Shown in pieces: positions 20,660 to 31,363 of a DNA stretch of 64,000 bases. The stretch comes from Candidatus Latescibacterota bacterium (GTDB lineage Bacteria; Latescibacterota; UBA2968; UBA8231). Location of the stretch: the NCBI GenBank assembly GCA_965208105.1, contig OZ242318.1:2272001-2336000 (forward strand). Direction: 5' to 3'. A program made the translations under genes and the position numbers. The notes under the pieces are model-generated. The model was not told the origin of the DNA. It saw only the letters and a program-made list of their open reading frames with translations, and did not search any database. Every line of letters starts with the position of its first letter. Positions within the stretch are counted from its first letter, which is position 1.

Positions 20660-20898
20660 CGGTTCTTCAACGAGGTTCGACCCCAATTCCTCAAACTCGC
20701 CGCGGAGTTGAACAGCGACCTCGTTCGCATTGTGGACTTGTCCCGATATTTCGCCGACCATGGCGAAGATCTCTCTTCTACGATTATTGCCACTACACCG
20801 ACCGCGGAAACGAACTCCTTGGCCAGGCCTTCGCCCGCGAGCTCAGACACATGGCCGTTCCCGGCCTCAATCCCCCACGAAGGCTGGAACGACGATGA
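20660..20898 (+). pseudogene. SGNH-hydrolase C-terminal remnant with frameshift
   Basis: IVDLSRYFADHGEDL then another frame FYDYCHYTDRGNELLG (DxxH); slip in CTCTCT near 20772. Confidence 0.55.
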
Positions 20899-20928
20899 CC
20901 GCAATTGGCCGGCGATGACCTTCCTGCA

Positions 20929-22902
20929 TTACCACCTGTGCAGGCGGTGGCCCCTTACTGGAAACCAGATCATGTCCACCCACATCGAAAGCACCACCCC
21001 GAGCACATAACCGATGGCCAGTCCATAAAATAAAGGCTTTCCTCTCAGGTAAGCCTGCACCCCGCCATAGTACAGCAGCGTCCCCTTGACGAGCCACACC
21101 AGCAGCAGACTGAACCAGTAGAGCCAGGCTCCAAAGGAGTACTGGAAGGCCAGCCCCAGGGGATGCAGCGGAAACCAGTGGAAGCGCGCCCGCAAAAACG
21201 TGATCCCGGCCGCCTCGAAAAACCCGAAGAGCCACACCCCCCACTTCTCCCAATCCGCAACGGTGCGGTTGTGCATCGCCAGGACCATCTGATCGAAGAC
21301 AGGGTTCGCGCCCGCGAAAAGTACCGCCCCCTCCTCATAGCCCCGCTCGATGGCCGCCCCCGCAGCCACAAAAAAGCCCACCGGAAAGGCCACGACCACC
21401 GCCGCGGTCGTCCACGCGGGCTGCTGCCGCAGGGAAAAAATGCGCAGATGATGGGCCATCGCCGGCCACGCCGGCATGCGGATCGTGCCGAAGAAGGCCT
21501 GGCTGGTAAAGAGCTTGAAGGCGATCAGGCTGCGAGGCGACAGGTGGATCGAACCGATCAGGTCGACGATGAAGGTCTCGCCCTTCATGTTCGTAAAGTG
21601 GGGAAAGAGGTAGGCGAACCCCGTGGCCGCCATGAGCTTGACCGTGACGAAATAGACCAGCGTCATCAGCAGGAACGCGCCCACCGCCAATGGCAGGCTC
21701 ATCCCCAGGCCCACCACCCAGTGGATCACGTAGGCTGCCGATAGCACCAGACCGACAAGGGCAAAGCGGTAGTGGGCGACCTGGCGGCGGTCCCCTTCCC
21801 CTTTGCGCACCTGCCACCACACCTGCCGCAAATGCCCTCGCGCCAGCCAGATCGACCACAGGGCCAGAAAGATCAGGGCCCCGTAGCTCTCCATGAAGAG
21901 GACTTCCCGCCCCTCGATCTGCTGGCCGGCCATGCCCGCGGAAAACCCCGTTCGCAGCACAGCCCAATCCTTGAGTACAGCCAGCCAGTAGAAGACGATC
22001 AGGCTGGCCAGGATATCCAGCGGACACAGGTAGGCCACGGCCAGCACAACAGGCATTAACCGCATTCCTATATCCCGGGAAAGGGATGCGGGCGATGTAA
22101 GAATATGACGCTGCCAGAAGACATCCAGCGGCGGCAGCCCCGGCGCGAAATAGGTCGCGATATTGTAGAGCGTTGGCAGGAAAACCACTCCCACCCCGAT
22201 CCAGAACAGCGGCGAATAGAAGATCAGAGGCATGCGCCGCGGTCCGTCAAAGCCCCGGGTCAGGTCCAGCGGCAACTGCGCCAGGGGAAAGGTGAGCTTC
22301 TCGACCGCCACCCACTGGCGCTGAAACAACACGAAGAGACAGAAGCCGAACACCACCAGGCCCAAAGAGACTCCCAGCCACTGGCCGATCACGCCCAGCC
22401 AATCCATCCACGGCACCGAGGCGCCTTCCTCCGCCCCGAACCAGAACCCGTCGATCACCCGGGGTGACGTGGGGGCAAAGACGTGCCAGGGCAGCAAATC
22501 GAAGAAGGTCTCGACCCACTGGTTTTCAGAAGAGGCAAAGTGAGACGGCGCGGCCACTACCGATGCCCAGTCGAGGATCCACCCTTCTCGCGGCATGGTG
22601 CCCACCACCCAGGTCATGGAGAAGATGGTCAGCAGTTCGCCCCGCCGCAGGGCCCTGTGGGGGAAGAGCCGTTTGAGGCCGACATTGACAAAGAGCCAAA
22701 GCACGAACGACGAGAACGCCACCATGGTAAACTGGGCTGTGACATTGATATCCATCCAGTAGAACATGGCGGCAATGGTCAGGGCTCCCAGCACGAGGGC
22801 GCGCAGAGTGATGAAAGGCGACCCTTCACCGGCCTTCCTTCCGGGCAGAGGCTGCCGGACCTCTGCTGCTTTGTTCTGTGACAGAAGAGGATTCTTGACC
22901 AT
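20929..22902 (-). CDS. Polytopic membrane protein, DUF6785/DUF6784-like putative transporter
   Basis: RALVLGAL, RQW..EKLTFPLAQLP, WFPLHPLG; many TM helices. Confidence 0.75.
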   Translation of the reverse strand: MVKNPLLSQNKAAEVRQPLPGRKAGEGSPFITLRALVLGALTIAAMFYWMDINVTAQFTMVAFSSFVLWLFVNVGLKRLFPHRALRRGELLTIFSMTWVVGTMPREGWILDWASVVAAPSHFASSENQWVETFFDLLPWHVFAPTSPRVIDGFWFGAEEGASVPWMDWLGVIGQWLGVSLGLVVFGFCLFVLFQRQWVAVEKLTFPLAQLPLDLTRGFDGPRRMPLIFYSPLFWIGVGVVFLPTLYNIATYFAPGLPPLDVFWQRHILTSPASLSRDIGMRLMPVVLAVAYLCPLDILASLIVFYWLAVLKDWAVLRTGFSAGMAGQQIEGREVLFMESYGALIFLALWSIWLARGHLRQVWWQVRKGEGDRRQVAHYRFALVGLVLSAAYVIHWVVGLGMSLPLAVGAFLLMTLVYFVTVKLMAATGFAYLFPHFTNMKGETFIVDLIGSIHLSPRSLIAFKLFTSQAFFGTIRMPAWPAMAHHLRIFSLRQQPAWTTAAVVVAFPVGFFVAAGAAIERGYEEGAVLFAGANPVFDQMVLAMHNRTVADWEKWGVWLFGFFEAAGITFLRARFHWFPLHPLGLAFQYSFGAWLYWFSLLLVWLVKGTLLYYGGVQAYLRGKPLFYGLAIGYVLGVVLSMWVDMIWFPVRGHRLHRW

Positions 22903-23030
22903 GGTATTGCCCGTCACTCGGGGGAATATTAGCAAGAATGAAAGACAGTTCCAAATTCCAATGGATAACCTGACCAGTTTGCACTGCGGGCTATTCTTTC
23001 ACCTTAATTCGAACATACAGGAGAGAAACG

Positions 23031-23570
23031 ATGCTCACCGGCGATCAGTTGAAAGAGAAGCTCCGCGGTCCCGTCGTGGCGATGACTACCCACTTCAAGG
23101 AAGACTATTCGGTGGATCTGGATGCCATGAAGCGCCTGACGGAGTTTTACGTTGAGCAAAAAATCGCGACGGTCATCGTCACCGGCAGCACGGGCGAGTT
23201 CTTCTCACTGACCGACGACGAACGCAGGCAGGTGCAGAAAACGGTCATCGATGCGGCGAGAGGAAGCGGGATGATCGTCATTGCAGGCACCGCCCATGCC
23301 GGGTCCCATATGACCATCGAGTTGACCAGGTACGCCGAAGACATCGGCGCGGACGGCGCCATGCTTCTGCCGCCCTACTACGGCACCAGCGGCGGCGGGC
23401 TGGTATTGTACCTATTGATTTTTCCAGTCAGGGTGAGGATTCCCCCTGATCCCATCGGTGCAAGAGAGGGGTGCTTCACGGAAGGAGTGAGTTCAGAAGA
23501 GTTCCACCCAAGGGTTCTGGAGGTGAACGAGCTAGGAGGCAACGATCCACCTGAGGAGGTCCGGGCTTAG
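23031..23570 (+). pseudogene. Truncated DHDPS/NAL class I aldolase
   Basis: GSTGEF, GADGAMLLPPYY, then homology lost near 23400 before the Schiff-base Lys. Confidence 0.75.
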
Positions 23571-23812
23571 TTTTGATCTCGGCATCTCTCAATGCCAAGA
23601 GGGGAAAAGTAAGCCGCGCCCTCGCTTTGTCTGCTGTCCGGACCTTTGAGCGGCTGTCCTTCCTGCGTCGCCTCGACAAGCCCCTTGTCGTTTCCGAGTG
23701 GGACGAGCCGTGGCCGAACGAATAACGCCCCCAGACCTCCATCCCCATGCCTGCAGTATAGCCTCCTTCCAGGGCTGGACCAGATTCACCAGGCGCGCCG
23801 GCACTCGTTACC

Positions 23813-25930
23813 TCAAAGCCAGGCGTGCAACCCTTCCTGGCGCACCGTCCACGATCCATCTGCGGGAAAGCCCGGCGCGTGGCTCTTTGGACCTCCCCGC
23901 CAGCCGGCCGCCATCAGCGCCACCGCGGCCAGCAGGCCACAATTCCCGGGCAGGTAGACCGAATACTGCCATCCCGCATTGTGGCCGTTGGCCAGGTAGG
24001 TGTTCATAGGTGTATCCATCAATAGCATATCAACCGCCATCCGGGGCTCGCCCACCCGCGCCGCGGTCATGGCCGCCGTGAAGAAGTCCGTACCCCAGTT
24101 TTTCTCCCACTGCCACACATGGCGAACCTTCCGCAAAGTGCGGCGCATGATTTCGCGATCCACGCGCGGACCGGGTATCACGCCCATTGCATTGAGCATT
24201 ACCGCGTGGTCCCAGTTCCTTTCGGTGTAGGTCTGCGGGCAGTTTTCGTGAGCGAGGTAGACGCCGTCCTTCACTGGCAGGGGCGCCAGTTTCGTTCTGA
24301 CCTCTTCCCAGCTTGAATCCCGCTCCATGCCGAGGCGGTGGCGCCATTGCTGCGCCAATTCCAGGCCATAGACCCAGTACTCCAACTCATATGTGGGATT
24401 CCAGGTCTCCCTTGGCGGGTGATTTTCCTGCATGGGAATGACCGGCGGCCCCAGGTCGTAGTACCCGGTCCGTGGATTCAGAACCGCGTAAGAGGCCATG
24501 AAATCGGCCGTTGCAAAGACGATCTCCCGGTAGTTTTCCAGGGTATGGCGATGGGGATGCTCGCGGTAGAACAAATCGGCAAAAACGATGGGATGGGGCT
24601 GCTGCCAGATCAGTAGAGGAGCGATTGAGGAAGGACTGTCGCGTCCCTCCGGCCCGACCATCTTGGGCCAGCGCGCGCCGGCATAACCCTGGGACTGTGC
24701 CCGCTTTCGCGCTTTGGGCAGGATCTCTTGGTACCAGGGCATCCACCTTTCAAAGAGGTGGGTACGTCCCCACAGAGCAAAGTGGACCCCATGCCACCAG
24801 GCCATCTCCAGGTGAAACTTGCCATGCCAACTGTTGCAGGTCAGCCCTGTTTCCTGCGGCGGCAGCGAACCCGAGCACTGAATCGTTGCGAGGTATTGCG
24901 ACAGTACGAGGCGCCGCTCCAGTTCGGGCGCGCGCTCATCGCGACTGCCTGCCACTTCGACGGCGCCGCCCGTGGACCAGAAGCGGGCCCAGTGTTCGGC
25001 ACTTGCGCAGAAGGTCTGCTGCGGCGACGGCAGGGATTCCACCGCTTCCCTGGAGGAAAAAGCCACTTGGAACTCGAAGCAGCGGCCGGACTTGGCCGGA
25101 CGCAGAAGAAAATCGTGCGCCTCTTCCTGCTGAAAATCGGCTTTCCCGCTCCAGGCGAGGCGAACGAAATACTGGTCTTCGTCCAGGCGGCGCTGCAGGC
25201 GGGCCGTCTCGGAAGCGCGTCGGAAAAGGTGGGTTGCGTGGCGCTCTGGGCGGGCCCAGTCGGCAGTGATCATATCCTTGCGGGGCGAGCCATAAGGGAA
25301 GGCCAATACGATTTCCAATTGTCCGCGTTCGATCAGCGCCGAATCGATGCGCACCGCCAGCATATCGATCCGCGGATGAGAGCATGTCTCCACGACCACA
25401 CCTTCGCCGCCGGCGCGAAAGCGGCTTTCCAGGAGGCCCGTCCACAGGTCCAGCGTCTGCTTGATTTCATCGAGTCCCCCCGCTTCCAGCACGCCCCCAT
25501 CCCGTCCCCGCAGGCGCAGGCCAATCCGCCCCAGATGCAGCCTGTGGGGATTCTGCCGCAGCCAGTTGTGGAGTTCCTCCTGGCCTTGGGCGCGTGTGGG
25601 GTACCCCACCGGGCGGCCATGCGCGTCGTAGATCTCCATCTGGTAGTCCGAGGGGCTCTGTCCTTCCGGCAAGGGAAAGGTATGCCAGCCCCACTGGGAT
25701 TGGGTGCACAGTGGCACGCTATCATGGCTGGTTTGTCCAGGTCCCTTCAGATGGGACCGTGCGCCGGATATGACGCTGGGGTCATAGAGCTCGGGAAAAC
25801 TCTGCAGACCAGTAGCGTCGGCCGTAAAGGCGAACTCGCCATTGCCTACGGAGAGAGGCGAAACAGGATCGAAGTCTCGAAGCACGGGATTGTGCCGGCG
25901 AACCAGGGCCTGGCGGTCAATGCAATCCAT
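23813..25930 (-). CDS. GH65/GH95-like (alpha/alpha)6 glycoside hydrolase
   Basis: LSVGNGEFAF, ETGLTCNSWHGKFHLEM, WPKM, YLPGN. Confidence 0.8.
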   Translation of the reverse strand: MDCIDRQALVRRHNPVLRDFDPVSPLSVGNGEFAFTADATGLQSFPELYDPSVISGARSHLKGPGQTSHDSVPLCTQSQWGWHTFPLPEGQSPSDYQMEIYDAHGRPVGYPTRAQGQEELHNWLRQNPHRLHLGRIGLRLRGRDGGVLEAGGLDEIKQTLDLWTGLLESRFRAGGEGVVVETCSHPRIDMLAVRIDSALIERGQLEIVLAFPYGSPRKDMITADWARPERHATHLFRRASETARLQRRLDEDQYFVRLAWSGKADFQQEEAHDFLLRPAKSGRCFEFQVAFSSREAVESLPSPQQTFCASAEHWARFWSTGGAVEVAGSRDERAPELERRLVLSQYLATIQCSGSLPPQETGLTCNSWHGKFHLEMAWWHGVHFALWGRTHLFERWMPWYQEILPKARKRAQSQGYAGARWPKMVGPEGRDSPSSIAPLLIWQQPHPIVFADLFYREHPHRHTLENYREIVFATADFMASYAVLNPRTGYYDLGPPVIPMQENHPPRETWNPTYELEYWVYGLELAQQWRHRLGMERDSSWEEVRTKLAPLPVKDGVYLAHENCPQTYTERNWDHAVMLNAMGVIPGPRVDREIMRRTLRKVRHVWQWEKNWGTDFFTAAMTAARVGEPRMAVDMLLMDTPMNTYLANGHNAGWQYSVYLPGNCGLLAAVALMAAGWRGGPKSHAPGFPADGSWTVRQEGLHAWL

Positions 25931-25946
25931 GGTCCTTTTCCTCGGG

Positions 25947-28667
25947 TTAGCCTTCTTCGCCGACCGCGCGGAACTCGTATGAGCCAGACCCCACTTCAAA
26001 GGTCACATAGTCGTGAGATTCTCGGCCCCCGGTTATGCCTTCGACAGCGGCGATGTAGCCGCCGTCCTTCCAGATAGTTTCATCGCCCTCTTTGACGCTG
26101 ACATTCCGCAGGCCGATTTTTGGGACGCTTACTGTCGACTTGCAGTTGACCGGAATAACTACCCTCATATCCATTGCCGAGTCTCCCCTCTCCCACTGCA
26201 CCGCCACCATCCCCCTAACGGTGCGGGTCCATGCCTTGACCCAGGTCAAGTCGCCCACGGGGCTGGGTTTGACCGCCAAGCGCCTGAAGCCGGGTGCCTC
26301 GGGGCGGATGCCGGCCAGATCTTTGTAGAAGAACTTGTCGATGCTGCAGAAGATCTTCATGTTGCAGCTCAGCCGCTGCCGCGGGTCCCCGTCCCAGGTT
26401 TCCCAGACCGTGGTGGCGCCGCGCTCGATCTGATAGCCCCAACCGGGAAAGGTGGTCTGGGTGGCAATGCGGTACAAGACGTCGGCGGCGGCGCAGCGAG
26501 GCAGGGCGTGTGCCAGGGCGTTGGTGCCGACCAGGCCGGTGGACAGGTGCCCGTTGTGCCGCTTGGCGATGTCGTCGAGCAGATTCTTTGCCACCGCTTC
26601 CACCCGGTCTTCGGGGACCATGTCGAAAGCAAGGGGCAGCGCGTTGGCCGTTTGGCTGCCGGAAGCATATTGGTTGGTGTCTCCGTGCAAGAATTCCCTA
26701 TTGAACGCCTCCTTGATCTCCGCGGCTAGTGCTGAAAAGTCTTCGGCGTCTCCGTTCTTGCCGAGAATCTCCGCCGCACGGGCCGCGATGCAGGCGTCGA
26801 GATAGTAGTAGGCCGTTGAAGTGAGCGCCGTCGGCGTGTGAAGAGGGCGGTGGCTGGTGGTGCCGTCGGCTTGGGGTTCCATGTGGTCGCCGAGTCCTGC
26901 GGAAATGATGTGATCCGTCGACTGGGCCCGCAGGAATTCCACCAGCTTGACTACGCCGTCGTAGTGTGTCGCCAGGATGCGTTCGTCGTCGTAGAATTGG
27001 TAGACCTGCCAGACCACGAGCGGGTAGGTGCTCTTCCACACGGGCATCATTCTGAAAGCATCGTGGGTTCGGCGCCAGTGCAGTGGACAGATGACTGGAA
27101 TGTCTCCGTCGGGCTTCTGCGCATCTTTCAAGTCGTCTGCCCATTTCGTCCAGAAGCTGGCGGTATCGAAGTTGAAGATGTAGTCCTCGGGTATGGGATC
27201 GCCCAACCATCCGACCCGTTCGGCGCGGTCCGCCGCATCCTGGGGAAAGCCCTGCATACTGCTGGCAAGGGTCCAGCAGATGTTGTGGTGAATCTGGTTG
27301 ACCAGGGCGTTGGAACAAGCGAAACTTCCGGCGGTATCCACCGACGAATGGACGACCCGCCCCTCCACGCTGTCCAGGTCCGCCGCGCCTGAATATCCGT
27401 CCAGTGCTACATAGCGAAAGCCGTGCAGGGTAAAGCGCGGTTCCCACACCTCGGCGCCTGCGCCTTTGGCGATATAGGTATCGGTCTGCCTGGCAATATG
27501 GTCGGTGCGCCCCTGGTCAAAGAGGTTGCTCCTGGCATCCAGGGTTCCATCGTCGTAAACCCTGGCGCCGTGTCTCAAGCTAATCCGCGAACCCCTTGGT
27601 CCCCGCAGGCGCAGTCTGCACCAGCCGCTGAAATGCTGGCCGAAATCAAAAACATGGGTGCCCACCCCCGAATGGAAGCACCCCACCGGCTTCAGGGTCC
27701 TCATCACCCTGATCGGCGGCAGCGCCTGCGCGGTCAGGACCCCGCCTGGCGCCTCTGCAGATTCAGCCGGTCCCCAGGCCGAGTCGTCGAAGCCGGTCCT
27801 GTCCCAGGCAGGCGCTTCCAGGCGTGCGTCGTAGGTTTCCCCGTGGCAGTAGTCGTTGTAGGTGATCGGCCCGCCCACCACTTTCCAAGTCTCGTCGCTG
27901 GCGACATAGACCTGCGTTCCGTCGACCAATTCCACGTTCATCTGCAGCAGCAGACGAGGCCGTTCGCCATAGGGTTCGCGGTGCATCGGCGCCTGGGGGA
28001 TATCGGCTTCGGCGCTGTACCATCCATTGCCCAGCATTACCCCGAATGCGTTGGCCCCGGTCTGGAGTTGGTCGCGCACATCGTAGGTCACGTAAAAAAC
28101 CCGCGCACCCAGCTCCACGGGCTGGTCGTTGTTGTAGTAGGTGGTGGCCGGGTCGAGGACGTGATCGCCTATTCTCTCACCGTTGATGTGGAGTTCGTAG
28201 TATCCCAGGCCTGAGATGTAGACCTTTGCGGTCTTGACTTTCTCTTGGAGGGTGAATTCCTTGCGCAGGAGCGGCGCGGAGATTTCCTCGGGGGCGGCAA
28301 TCCATTTGCCCATCCAGTCGCCAGCCTCCAACAATCCCATGCTGAAGGTGGCCGATTCGCTCCAGGGACCGGGGCCGTCTTCTGTATCCCACGCCCTCAC
28401 CTTCCAGCAACAGGTTTCGCAACTACCTAAGGTCTCCCCAGAATAGACCACGTTCACCGACCGCTCCGACCCTACCTTGCCACTGTCCCACTTGTCGCCC
28501 TTGGCAGAGGCCACGGCCTTTTCAGTGGTGGAGACGAGGATTTGGTAGGCGGACTGCATTTGTCCGCGCCGCTCCGTCTCCAGCAGCCAAGAAAATCGCG
28601 GCCGCGGCACGTCGATGCCCAGGGGATTGACGGCGTACTCGCACTTCAACTTTACGGGCGTCAGCAT
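25947..28667 (-). CDS. GH78 alpha-L-rhamnosidase
   Basis: LKCEY..NPLGID, DFGQHFSGW, FTLHGFRY, ERVGWLGD, GATTVWETW, GSGSYEF. Confidence 0.9.
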   Translation of the reverse strand: MLTPVKLKCEYAVNPLGIDVPRPRFSWLLETERRGQMQSAYQILVSTTEKAVASAKGDKWDSGKVGSERSVNVVYSGETLGSCETCCWKVRAWDTEDGPGPWSESATFSMGLLEAGDWMGKWIAAPEEISAPLLRKEFTLQEKVKTAKVYISGLGYYELHINGERIGDHVLDPATTYYNNDQPVELGARVFYVTYDVRDQLQTGANAFGVMLGNGWYSAEADIPQAPMHREPYGERPRLLLQMNVELVDGTQVYVASDETWKVVGGPITYNDYCHGETYDARLEAPAWDRTGFDDSAWGPAESAEAPGGVLTAQALPPIRVMRTLKPVGCFHSGVGTHVFDFGQHFSGWCRLRLRGPRGSRISLRHGARVYDDGTLDARSNLFDQGRTDHIARQTDTYIAKGAGAEVWEPRFTLHGFRYVALDGYSGAADLDSVEGRVVHSSVDTAGSFACSNALVNQIHHNICWTLASSMQGFPQDAADRAERVGWLGDPIPEDYIFNFDTASFWTKWADDLKDAQKPDGDIPVICPLHWRRTHDAFRMMPVWKSTYPLVVWQVYQFYDDERILATHYDGVVKLVEFLRAQSTDHIISAGLGDHMEPQADGTTSHRPLHTPTALTSTAYYYLDACIAARAAEILGKNGDAEDFSALAAEIKEAFNREFLHGDTNQYASGSQTANALPLAFDMVPEDRVEAVAKNLLDDIAKRHNGHLSTGLVGTNALAHALPRCAAADVLYRIATQTTFPGWGYQIERGATTVWETWDGDPRQRLSCNMKIFCSIDKFFYKDLAGIRPEAPGFRRLAVKPSPVGDLTWVKAWTRTVRGMVAVQWERGDSAMDMRVVIPVNCKSTVSVPKIGLRNVSVKEGDETIWKDGGYIAAVEGITGGRESHDYVTFEVGSGSYEFRAVGEEG

Positions 28668-28846
28668 GGAGGGAAAATAAGACCTCGCTCTGGTGCGGTG
28701 TCAACGAACACAGCCTTTGCGCGTTTCTGCTGAAAGCTCGTCGTTTGCGGGGCACCCCGCATTGGACCATTCGGCGTGTACGCTCCTCGCTCTGCGGCTT
28801 CTTATCCACTTGGGGCTCAAAGAGATTTGCCCACCTGAATACAACC

Positions 28847-28876
28847 TTGACAATTTCATACCGTAGATCATATTAT
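28847..28876 (+). promoter_or_regulatory. sigma70-type promoter
   Basis: TTGACA-18-TATTAT in an AT-rich intergenic region. Confidence 0.5.
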
Positions 28877-28986
28877 ATTCTGTCTTGTGTGACCAGTCCG
28901 TCGCCGAAAACCTCATTGCGCTACTAGATCGGAAAAACTTGAGCATGCGCATGGATTCCAAACCCTCAAGCCAAGGAGGAAGCCTC

Positions 28987-30864
28987 ATGCATAGATTGCG
29001 CGCTAGTTCGTTCGGATGGATCCTGTTCCTGCTGGTCCCGGGGGCTGTGTGGGCGCAGGAGTATCCCCAATCGACTACGTGGGATGGTGTAACCATCGTA
29101 CCGCCCACGGTATCCGGAGTGTTCAACGTCCTGGAAATCGCTACCCAGGATGTGGAGTGGGATGGAAGCGGCAGTGTAACCATTCCCTTCACCATCAACC
29201 AGCGCGGCACGGTGTGGATGGCGGTGTACAGGAAGGGCTCGAACGAAGTCGGGCGGAGGGGGCCCGGCGGCGGCTGGCTGCGGCTGGAGCCGCAGGATTT
29301 ATTCGTAGCACGCACTCCTGGGATCTCCGTGGAGGCCGGCCGGAACTCCATTACCTGGGATGGGATAGATTTCGAAGGCAATCCAGCCGGCTCCGGCGCC
29401 TACGAATTTGACCTGATCGGAGTCAACAATGTCGACAATTCCTCTCTGGCCGGTCCGGCATCTCCTGGTGGCGGTTGGACCGAGAATTCCATCGACGTAC
29501 GCCTCGACCCCCCCGAAGTCTGGGTCCATGAACATCACAATCCCCAACCCGATATTGGGCGCTCGGGAGCTGATATGATCCGAGGCACCCTTGGCACGGA
29601 CTATATCGCCAATCCCAGCGCTTGGGAGCGTTGGAACTACAGGGAGGTATTTGACTTTGAAGGCGCCCATACCTGGGGCGGCACCAAAGTCGACGACGTC
29701 GATCCCGAGATCTGGTGGACGAATCACCGGCGGGGTGAAATGGCCGGACTCTTCAAGATGCAGAAACAGGCCGCCACCAAGACCTTTTCCCGCGTCACCG
29801 ATTTTGGAGAAAACGGCTGGTCCAAGGCCGTGGAGGACAACCGCATCGTGGGCATCGCGCCCTGGGGAGAGGCGGTTTACCAGGTGAACTGGAGCGTGGC
29901 CGACAATCCCACCACCGGCATCCACAGATACGACAAGGCTACCGGCGAATTTCTCAGCTCCTGGGATACCAACGAGTTCTACACTTTTGTCGCCGTCGAC
30001 GATCAAGGGAATGAGCAGATCAGAACGCTGGGACCTGGAAAGATACACGTAAACGAAAGGGGAATGTGGATTTCTGCCTGGAGAACCACCTCTCCCGTCC
30101 TTCACATGAACCACGAAGGTACGCCGATCTGGGCGCACTTCCCAGGCGATGGGGTCGCCGGCTCGGTCTCCTTTGAGCAGGCCGAAGAGTTTGGCGTCGC
30201 CGCGCACATTGGAATTGTAATACACACGCGAGCCGACCGCAGTGGTAAGGTCGTGTTTCTGAGCGAAACCGAAAGGCCTGACGAAGCCGTGTTCGCCATG
30301 CTTGGCCGCGATGGCAGCGGCATCGCACCGGTATCCATGGCGCCCGGGACGGGACCATGGCAACCCGGACCCTATGTCTGGTACCTGAATATCGTTTCCG
30401 CAGGCAGCAGCTGGGACGGCCTGTACAAAGGCACGGGCATGAATATTCTCACCCACGACTATGAACACCCGGAGGAAGGGAACGCCAACCCGGGCATGAT
30501 GATGTATATTCCCTATGGGGTAGGTTCCGGCAGGCTTGGTGACGGGGCGACGGCAGTGCAAGAGATCCAGGCTTCCGGTCTGCCCAGCAGCTACAGCCTG
30601 AGGGCGGCCTATCCAAACCCGTTCAACCCGGATACCACCATCGAGTTTGCCCTGCCGGCTGACGATTTCGTGAAGATCCATGTGTTCAACACAGCCGGCC
30701 AGTTTATAACCCGCTTGGTGCATGAGTCGCTCAGCGCAGGTGCGTACAAGACCACGTGGAACGGGCGCGACCAGCTAGGCAAGCCGGTTGCCAGCGGGGT
30801 CTACTTCTATCGGATGCAGGCGGGGGCGTTTACTGCAACGCACTCGGCGACTTTGTTGAAATAG
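28987..30864 (+). CDS. Secreted protein with N- and C-terminal FlgD-Ig-like domains
   Basis: Signal peptide; WDGIDFEGNPAGSGAY; YPNPFNP..WNGRD..VASGVYFY. Confidence 0.8.
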   Translation: MHRLRASSFGWILFLLVPGAVWAQEYPQSTTWDGVTIVPPTVSGVFNVLEIATQDVEWDGSGSVTIPFTINQRGTVWMAVYRKGSNEVGRRGPGGGWLRLEPQDLFVARTPGISVEAGRNSITWDGIDFEGNPAGSGAYEFDLIGVNNVDNSSLAGPASPGGGWTENSIDVRLDPPEVWVHEHHNPQPDIGRSGADMIRGTLGTDYIANPSAWERWNYREVFDFEGAHTWGGTKVDDVDPEIWWTNHRRGEMAGLFKMQKQAATKTFSRVTDFGENGWSKAVEDNRIVGIAPWGEAVYQVNWSVADNPTTGIHRYDKATGEFLSSWDTNEFYTFVAVDDQGNEQIRTLGPGKIHVNERGMWISAWRTTSPVLHMNHEGTPIWAHFPGDGVAGSVSFEQAEEFGVAAHIGIVIHTRADRSGKVVFLSETERPDEAVFAMLGRDGSGIAPVSMAPGTGPWQPGPYVWYLNIVSAGSSWDGLYKGTGMNILTHDYEHPEEGNANPGMMMYIPYGVGSGRLGDGATAVQEIQASGLPSSYSLRAAYPNPFNPDTTIEFALPADDFVKIHVFNTAGQFITRLVHESLSAGAYKTTWNGRDQLGKPVASGVYFYRMQAGAFTATHSATLLK

Positions 30865-30960
30865 GCCTCGCCGTGTTGGGGCTGGAGACCGTTGGCGCGA
30901 GGATGCCGCCTCTCCGCTGACACTGTTGAAAGCCGGGTCGGAATGCGGCTCTCTGGAAAG

Positions 30961-31016
30961 GCCAGTTCTGAGGGAGTGAGTTGGATGGGTTCACTTCCCG
31001 CGGAACTGGCTTTTCT
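30961..31016 (+). terminator. Probable intrinsic terminator
   Basis: GCCAGTTCTGAGGGAGTGA / TCACTTCCCGCGGAACTGGC hairpin followed by TTTTCT. Confidence 0.55.
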
Positions 31017-31020
31017 CTGG

Positions 31021-31194
31021 TGTGCCGACAGGAGAATAATTTGCCAGGCAGGATGCACCGAGCCGCCCGGCTGGCAGTGCGCTCGAGCCAGGAATACTGG
31101 TTGGTACGGCGAGCCAAGGCAACGACCCGAGCCCGCGTGGATTGGCGCCGGAAAGCGCGCCCTAGCCAGGCGAAATTTTCGGCGGCGAAATACA
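31021..31194 (-). mobile_element. Diverged copy of the 160-bp MITE family
   Basis: GTACGGCGAGnnAAGGCAACG (31104-31124) is the reverse complement of the core at 58271-58291; degenerate TIR. Confidence 0.5.
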
Positions 31195-31363
31195 ACCAAT
31201 GCCGCAAAACGGCGCAATAGAGCCTTCGCGTCCAAGTCGCGATCAGAGCGGTAGGCAAAAACATGCGATCGGTCGAACGGAACTTGGTCTCCAAGGGTGG
31301 ACACTGGTCCGGGATGGAGAGCTGCCGGCACCAGGTTTTTTCCGACAAAGGTGTGTGCGGACC

